In this document: positions 47,661 to 64,000 of the stretch, one piece after another | Layout of the letters: every line of letters begins with the position of its first letter | Position numbering within the stretch: position 1 is the stretch's first letter | Assembly (NCBI GenBank): GCA_950097015.1 | Contig: CATNEN010000024.1 | Span: 1,674,001-1,738,000, forward strand | Length of the DNA: 64,000 bases | Source: Macrostomum hystrix | Lineage: Eukaryota; Animalia; Platyhelminthes | Direction of reading: 5' to 3' | Made by a program: the position numbers and the translations under genes | Notes under the pieces: model-generated | Databases searched by the model: none | Seen by the model: only the letters and a program-made list of their open reading frames with translations | Told to the model about the DNA's origin: nothing

Positions 47661-48342
47661 CCATGGAGTCTGAGAATCAGAAGCAGCAGCAGCAGTTAGT
47701 TAGCAGAGAGTTAGATCGGTCAAACTGAATTTTGTATAAACAAGCAAAACAGTAAAAGCAGAAGCAGTAGCAGAAAGCAAAACAGCAAAGAATGCAAGGA
47801 AGCTGTGCAGGCAGTTTTTGTGGAACAAAACAAACAGGGTTAGCTAGTAGCCCTACTCAAATAGTTATATTGCTGCATATGCTAGCGTGTACTTTAATAA
47901 CTACATCGGGAACAATAAACAATTGTACACTAACTGGCAGCACCTGACAGGCTCATTGTGGACCGAGAAAGCTCATTCAAAAGTATATATATATATTCAT
48001 ATATAGTTTTAAGATATCATTTTGAGACAAAGGCATTGTGAAGGCAAACACATTTAGTCTTTGTACAAGGGGTTCAGTTGAAAAGTAAACGTTTTTAGTT
48101 GCAAAATTAATATAAAATTGCACCTAAGAAATACAATTACACAAATGATAAAAGTGTGCAGCATTGCAAATTTAAAATTGAAATAAGTGTTGTCAGTGAT
48201 AACAAGTAGCACAAACCTTTAAATAACTAACATTAGGTAAACACCGGAACTCACGAAAACAACTGCCGAACGCCTAATTACTATAAATATTATCTACTAG
48301 AAAATAATGCATACAGTTTGAACAACAAAACCACAATCACTT

Positions 48343-48976
48343 AATGACCTACCAACAAGACTATGATCTTTGAGGGAATGACCTACCAACAAGACTATAT
48401 GATCATTGGGGGTAATGACCTACCAACAAGACTATGTGATCATTGGGGGTAATGACCTACCAACAAGACTATTTGATCATTGGGGGTAATGACCTACCAA
48501 CAAGACTATGTGATCATTGGGGGTAATGACCTACCAACAAGACTATTTGATCATTGGGGGTAATGACCTACCAACAAGACTATATGATCATTGGGGGTAA
48601 TGACCTACCAACAAGACTATATGATCATTGGGGGTATGACCTACCAACAAGACTATGTGATCATTGGGGGTAATGACCTACCAACAAGACTATGTGATCA
48701 TTGGGGGTAATGACCTACCAACAAGACTATGTGATCATTGGGGGTAATGACCTACCAACAAGACTATGTGATCATTGGGGGTAATGACCTACCAACAAGA
48801 CTATATGATCATTGGGGGTAATGACCTACCAACAAGACTATGTGATCATTGGGGGTAATGACCTACCAACAAGACTATTTGATCATTGGGGGTAATGACC
48901 TACCAACAAGACTATGTGATCATTGGGGGTAATGACCTACCAACAAGACTATATGATCATTGGGGGTAATGACCTA
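48343..48976. repeat. 37-bp minisatellite (AATGACCTACCAACAAGACTATGTGATCATTGGGGGT)n
   Basis: About 17 units. Confidence 0.95.
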
Positions 48977-49629
48977 CTATCTTAGGAGGGTAATGACCAA
49001 CCAAAAGTGATTATACTATTTTAGAAGGGTTATGATCACAAATATAAACTTTCTGGAGATAACCGAGCTAGAAATACGGCAAATGGTAAAAAAGAATTGC
49101 TACAATCAAATAGCAAGTCTATCCTGAATAAAATCCTGTAGGGATTTGTATTTTCAAAAGCCAAATCACGTGATCACAATGCCAGCCGAACCACACCGAA
49201 TTTTCTAATAGACGCAGCAGCGGGGCAAACAGTAGAGAAGCAAAACAAAATAAGAAAGACTGTCCATAAAAAACAGACTTCAATCAGTCATGAACATCGG
49301 GAAAAATGGAGACACTAAAAAACAGTGGTAGAGAATTGCAGATAGTATTGACCAAAAAACAACAATCAGCTGTTTGAGAAAAGCATTTACATTTTTACAA
49401 TTTTAATCAAAACTTATGAATAGAATCGAACAATTCTCAACGGTAACCGTTTAATAATTGTTTAATTAGCTGATTAAAATTTACTGCTAAAATACACACC
49501 TAGCAGGAAATAAAATTAAGGCAACTCTAAAAAATAAACATTCCCCACCAACAATGGTCTGTATAAAAGTGCAAGTGCACTAATAATAGAAATACTACAT
49601 TGAATTATTTGCTTAATTTAGTGCATAGA

Positions 49630-50303
49630 TTTGAGATTTTGACATTTTAGCTTGAGATTTTGACATTTTAGCTTGAGATTTTGGCATTTTAGCTTGAGAT
49701 TTTGACATTTTAGCTTGAGATTTTGACATTTTAGCTTGAGATTTTGACATTTTAGCTTGAGATTTTGACATTTTAGCTTGAGATTTTGGCATTTTAGCTA
49801 GAGATTTTGACATTTTAGCTTGAGATTTTGACATTTTAGCTTGAGATTTTGACATTTTAGCTAGAGATTTTGACATTTTAGCTTGAGATTTTGACATTTT
49901 AGCTTGAGATTTTGACATTTTAGCTTGAGATTTTGGCATTTTAGCTTGAGATTTTGACATTTTAGCTTGATATTTTGACATTTTAGCTTGAGATTTTGAC
50001 ATTTTAGCTTGAGATTTTGACATTTTAGCTTGAGATTTTTACATTTTAGCTTGAGATTTTGACATTTTAGCTAGAGATTTTGACATTTTAGCTTGAGATT
50101 TTGACATTTTAGCTTGAGATGTTGGCATTTTAGCTTGAGATTTTAACATTTTAGCTTGAGATTTTGACATTTTAGCTTGAGATTTTGACATTTTAGCTTG
50201 AGATTTTGCTATTGCAGTTTGACATTTTGCTATTGCAGTTTGACATTTTGCTATTGCAGTTTGACATTTTGCTATTGCAGTTTGACATTTTGCTATTGCA
50301 GTT
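49630..50303. repeat. 21-bp (TTTTAGCTTGAGATTTTGACA)n followed by 21-bp (TTTTGCTATTGCAGTTTGACA)n
   Basis: Direct reading; downstream of JNK, possibly within its 3' UTR. Confidence 0.95.
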
Positions 50304-50598
50304 AGATTTTTTGCAATTTCAGCTTGAAGTTTTGAAAATCAGCATTTGCAATGCTTGATATTTTGCTTTTGAAGTTTGAGATTTGACTGTCATTTGAGAT
50401 TTTGATATTACAGTCAAGAGTGTGAAATAGATGCTAAAATATAAATAAATCAGTGTTTCCAGATGGCAACTAGCATTTAACGATTGGAAAGTAAGGAAAA
50501 GCAGGTTTAGATATATAATGCAAGCAGAGATTCTAAAAATAGCAACTAGAGTATTGTCAGCTGGTTGACAGCAGTTAATCGCAAAAAAGGAAGCCAAT

Positions 50599-58912
<8,314 letters not shown>

Positions 58913-59599
58913 TTATTGCTTACAGATCCTCTTGTCTTCTTGTTCCCAAGGAACTTTAGATAGTTCTTTTAATCCACTTATCCAGCTAATCCAGCTTATC
59001 AATGTCGACTATTGTAGCGATGCTGAAGGATATCCTATAAGAAAATGGTACAAAAAGTTTTCTTATTATTAACACTGGTAATTTGCTTTGTTTGTTTAAC
59101 TTTGTTGTTGCTTGCTTTAAAATATTTTGCCTTGCAAGATAGTGTCCAAGGTAAAGACTTGGATACCACACACACATAAGGCACACAAGAATAAAGATGG
59201 CCTAGCCATTTTAAGATTATGCAATTTGCCAATAACAAAATTGCTCATATACTTAAGTCATTGTAATGAATCTTAGCCAATAAGTTCATCTATTTATCTA
59301 TTAATATATTGAAATACCAGTTTTTAGCCATTTAAGGTTCAACTGCATCTCAAATTATAGATAATGACAGTGCAAGATATCTTAAAGAAATTTTTTATAC
59401 TTTTTTATTATTATAGTTAGGGCCAAGCAAAAACTGAAATGAATAATTTAAAAATGCAATTAAGTTTGTTGAAACAAAAAATTCTCTATATTAAAGTTGT
59501 TTAATTAATGATAAACATTTGTCAACCTTACATTGTTTGACAACCTTAAATTGCCTTAGCAATAACCTTAGTCTTATTTTAGGAATCCCATTTTATGCC

Positions 59600-61121
59600 T
59601 GAAGAGCTTGTGTGCACAGCTGCCATTCGCCTAAATTCCGTATTGCGTGCACGACAGCCATTTGCCCAAAGCCATACTTGCGTGCACGGCAGCCATTTGC
59701 CCAAAGCCATACTTGCGTGCACGGTCAACATGCAGACGTGTGGCCATCTGCACTGCATGCTTGACTTACTTATTAGCTTGTATACACTGTACTGTCAAAT
59801 TGCACGATTGATATTGCATGGTGGCTATCTTGCACTGAAATCAAGTGCGGGCATACAAATATGATTTGAAGCACTATGTACATACATGCACATATCTCAA
59901 ATGATATGTTTGTTCAATTCACAATTGCATGCAAACTGAAGTGTGCAATGTAGTTCTTTGAGATCAGAGTCGCAGTGGGCCATCACTGGAATCGGTTCAG
60001 AATAACAAATCATTATTTCTTGTGAAACAAGAGCTGTTTCTCTGATCTCAAAGAACTACATTGAACACTTTACTTTGCATGAAATTGTGAATTGAACAAA
60101 CATATCATTTGAGATCGATATCATTTAATATCGGCGCACAATAAGATGAAAAGAGTGTAGGTTGTAAGCAGCCCATTTCAGAAAGCTATGATTTCAGTTG
60201 TTGGCATCTTATCAAGGATCACTTGAAAATCTTGTGGGCTAATAATCAGTCATTTACAGGCAGTATCAACTTTTGGAACCTAGATACATACATACCTAGA
60301 TGACTTGTACATTGCAATAAAAGTTTAGTATTTGAAATTTGAAATTTGAAATTAGGAATTTGAAAAAATTCCTTTGTAATGGCGATTGGACAACTGATTT
60401 CAGACAATTACGAATAAGGAGAACATGGCGATGAGGGAGGTTGCCTCCCTCCCTTGTAGTGTATGCTACAAGCAGGGACCACTTAGATGGTGAATTTAGA
60501 GTTGAATGAATAAATCATAAACACATGCATGCATAGACTTGGCGTACACGTATACATACACTGTTCATATACAAACACTGCCACACAGTCAGTGATGGTG
60601 ACGAATCTTTCGAAGCAAATTTTCCTAGGTTTTCCAGAATGCATGTAGCTCATGTACATTATGTGTATGTTACATTACGTACATCACGTACATTATATAC
60701 ATTACATGTACATGTATATATGTAATGTACATGACTGCGACTCTGATCTCAAAGAACTACATTGTACATTTCACTTTGCATACAATTGTGAATTGAACAA
60801 ACATATCATTTGAGATATGTGCATGTATGTACATAGTGCTTTGAATCACATTTATATGTGCGCACTCGATTTCAGTGTAAGATAGGGGCCTAGCCACCAT
60901 GCAATATCAATCGTGCAATTTGATATACAAGCTGTGTATACAAGCTAATAAGTACGTCAAGCATGCAGTGCAGATGGCCACATGTCTGCATGTTGACTGT
61001 GCATGCAAGTATGGCTTTGAGTGAATGGCTGCCGTGCACACAAGTATGGCTTTGGGCAAATGGCTGTCATGCACGCAATATGGAATTTAGGGGAATGGCA
61101 GCCGTGTACACAAGCTCTTCA
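59600..61121. mobile_element. Foldback or MITE-like element with ~380-bp inverted arms (59600-59976 and 60734-61121)
   Basis: The arms are reverse complements over their full length with scattered substitutions and indels; ~757-bp spacer containing a third partial arm copy (about 60042-60116); no ORF and no clear target-site duplication. Confidence 0.75.
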
Positions 61122-62811
61122 TGTTATGTCACCCATTTTGCATCATTTTTGCTCTGATTAGGCCTACACCTATCTAAATTTATGCATGAAATTCCTAGCA
61201 TAAATTATATAATCTAGACAAATGTTAATGTGGCTTTTTCAACATATTAGGGCCTATATTATTATTTCTCTAACAGGCATTAAATTTGCTAGCCTTGTAA
61301 AATAGCCTACCTAATGCATATTTGTTATTTTAGGGTTGGGCATCTTTGTATGCCAAGCCAGAGTCAAGAATCTCAATGATTCCAAGAAAAAATCTTTTTG
61401 TCACTTTGTCAACCAGGGTTTGCAGGCATTTAAAGAAATGACATCCTGATGCAGGCTTTGTGATTGTGATCAGAATGACGAAGTGTCTAGGAACTTTATG
61501 ATCATGCCTCATGAAAAGCCCAAAAAGCTGTTGCAACTAGGCCTAGACCTAGCCTATCAGCTTGTCCAGCAGGTAACAATATAACAATATAATAGGCCTA
61601 GGCTTAGACCTAGTCTTAGTCAAGTCAGTCTTTGATTCCATAATTAATATAGTTCTTTGTAACATAATAGTCTGCGACCTGACTGCTTCTCTCTCAGTAA
61701 TTTTAACTGATTTTTTCGCGTGATTAAACCGTTAAATTGCCTTAGGGGAACTAGTCATAGGAAATAGAACCGTGATTGACATGCTATCGGTGTAATCATT
61801 TTGTTCCAGTTTTCCATAAAATATAATTTTTTGATTTGTTCGATTACCGAATAATAGTTAAAAGTAAAACAAAATATGTATCACTAATTTCATATCGGCA
61901 TGTGTGGCCGGAATTTTTCTATGGTCTATTAGTCCTATCATGTTCATTGCATAGCTTATATTTAATCGCTCCGGAGAAACTATAAGTTGTGTAGTACTCA
62001 CTTCGGAGAATTTCCGGAAGGAATTTTTCTCATGAATATGTTACAAATCTAAAATTGTCTTAGGCTACAACCAAATTCCGAAGACTGAAAACCTTTTTTG
62101 ATCCGCTTAGTGTACTGAGCAGCTAGAGTCCATTTGTGCTATACATTCTCCAGTCATGCCATCAAGCTGATCGACAACTACGAGTTTAAACTATGTAAAG
62201 CACCGATTTATATCCTGACGTGTCAGGTTACTGGGTGGAGGTGGAGGTTACTTATGTTACTTGTATGGCTCCTCTCTTACTTGCTAATATTCCACCGATG
62301 CTACCAAGTTGTCGCAGGGTTCCTTTTTATATCTTAAATTTTTAGCAATCTTAACTAGTATAACACTTTATAATATTATATTAGAGTATATCTACTTAAC
62401 TCTATATGAGAGCGGCAAAGACACTACTCTATACTTATTAATATGAATAACTCGTATGTATATTAGTTGCACTGATTATATTATTGACACACAGTCTTAC
62501 TAAGTTCAGTCCCAATAAAGGGCTACCAGTGGATCGGGGGTGTCCAATCTTACACACACTCACTCTCTTATTCGGAATTACTCCTTATTTCATCTATTTC
62601 ACTTTGCAAATCTGCAATATTTGAATCCCTTCTGGCCTTTCTGTCTAATTTCGATCCAACCTGGATATCTCAGTTCAGTACGAATTCTCGCTTATGGCAT
62701 ACAAATTCCAGCTTGTAGACTAGCTTTAGATAAAAAAATGTATAAGAAAAACTTTATTTGCTTAAACAGCTTGCTTTCACGAATAATTAATAATATAATT
62801 GATTCCACCTG

Positions 62812-63262
62812 CCCCAATTGGGTCAGATGTGCAGCCGACAGCACAGCCGCAGCTAATGCGCGGCGCATCTGAAGACTGCGTACAGCTGTTCAGTCCACGG
62901 ACTGCCACTGGGGGGACGCCACACCCACCTTCAATTACCCCAGCTGATGCTGGTACCCCATTTAACAGCTGGGTGAACTGAATCAATGCGCGCTGGCAGA
63001 CCGAGACCGGTTTCTGGCTTGTTTGCCTTCGTCAGTCAGCCATAGCCACACGCAGTCCTCGCCCACCACTCTTAGTGTGCACAGAAGTCTGTTTTAAGCT
63101 TGCCATTTTTATGGCGATACTTTTTAGTGTTATGTGAGAGTTTTGCAGCCAAGTCTTTGCTTTTCTACTGTTGTCAGTAGTCTGAATTGTATCTCTCACA
63201 TCGGGAATCGAACCCCCGACCTTCAAGTCGTGAGTCCGACGCCCTAACCACTAGGCTACAAC
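62812..63262 (-). mobile_element. SINE-like family 2, longest copy
   Basis: Head GTAGCCTAGTGGTTAGGGCG...GGTTCGATTCCC (63262-63190), then cattgattcagttcacccagctgttaaatggggtaccagcatc, then a 3' segment ctgtgctgtcggctgcacatctgacccaat that also occurs at 10568-10612. Confidence 0.65.
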
Positions 63263-63900
63263 CTCTGCTCGAACTTGCGGGAGAGACGCCAGTTGGGGTT
63301 CTTCCCGTCTAAAACCGCTTGTATATATATTGAGTTTCTTTGGGGTTGCGGACATGGTTATAACAAAAAGCGTAAAATACAATTCAATATCATGTACCCT
63401 ATACTAGCTGTAGTTAGTATTTTTGCAAATATACAGCTTTTTCCTTCTTTTGAGAACACATACTTTCGCGAAAGTGCAATTCTATTTATATGCATAAAGC
63501 CGTTAGTACAGTGTGCATATTATGAATGAATAAATACGTTCAGGAAATGCTCAAATCAGGTTAATATTCTCTCACGTTACTATGAGTGTATTTTTATTTA
63601 CTTCGATTTTTAATTTACTCGAAGAACAAATATGTAAGAACAACTTTGTAAAGCATAGGACATTGTGTTTACTTTTGCAAAAATACACAATGATTTTGAT
63701 GCTAATTTATCTCGCTAAATCGAAATCATTTAGCTAATTAAACTGTATATTAACTTCGTTCTAACAACAACAACAACAAAGAACTGCTCCCGCCAGCCAC
63801 GCAGTGGCCAGAGAGGGGGAGAGCAGTCAGAGAGCGCGTTTCTGGGCCAACGATCCCAAAAAGTCACATCCGCTAGCTTGGTCCGGGGCGCCAGCATCAC

Positions 63901-64000
63901 TCAGAAGCCGTTCAGGAAATCTCGCCGTTCGCCCTTGGCCTCGCCTGCGCGGTCCCTGCAGCTTGAGCAGCAGCACGTCGTGTAGTGGCTCAGGGCAGCG
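63901..64000 (-). CDS. Probable 3' end of a gene continuing beyond the window
   Basis: GC-rich coding-like sequence; one frame reads ...AALSHYTTCCCSSCRDRAGEAKGERRDFLNGF-stop (TGA at 63903-63901). The frame is uncertain because a second frame is open to about 63830. Confidence 0.4.
   Translation of the reverse strand, partial: AALSHYTTCCCSSCRDRAGEAKGERRDFLNGF

Noticed and set aside
63188-63262. tRNA-Val(CAC)-like gene
   Set aside because: The anticodon and acceptor stems are poorly paired and the T-loop is out of register; it is linked to a SINE body, so it was called a SINE head.

Overview
Eukaryotic (metazoan) genomic DNA with GC-rich exons, GT-AG introns and a private minisatellite in almost every intron. 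This architecture and the gene set suggest a flatworm such as Macrostomum (inference, not verified). Six complete genes can be reconstructed by hand, five with checked reading frame: a 5-exon melatonin-receptor-like GPCR (-), TMEM186 (-, start codon unresolved), TPGS1 (+), an 11-exon ARFGEF3/BIG3 (+, about 27 kb), an intronless peptide-type GPCR (-) and a 5-exon JNK (-). The 3' end of a seventh gene (-) probably lies at the right edge. Non-coding DNA holds about 35 tandem arrays (4-43 bp units), two tRNA-headed SINE-like families, a 1.5-kb foldback element and a tandem duplication around the second GPCR. There is no CRISPR array or prokaryotic system. The most interesting leads are: (1) TMEM186 has no genomic in-frame AUG, which would fit initiation from a flatworm spliced-leader AUG; (2) a SINE 3' domain carries a 14-nt exact match to the HDV ribozyme P3/L3 core; (3) several intronic minisatellite units are built from splice signals (branch points, AG|GT ratchet-like sites, donors); (4) ARFGEF3 has a candidate paralogous or cassette exon, and complementary arrays flank exon 2; (5) a duplication-then-deletion removed one GPCR copy; (6) a long inverted repeat lies upstream of JNK. 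Most long ORFs in the supplied track are artefacts of repeats. Coordinates were counted by hand and repeat boundaries are approximate.
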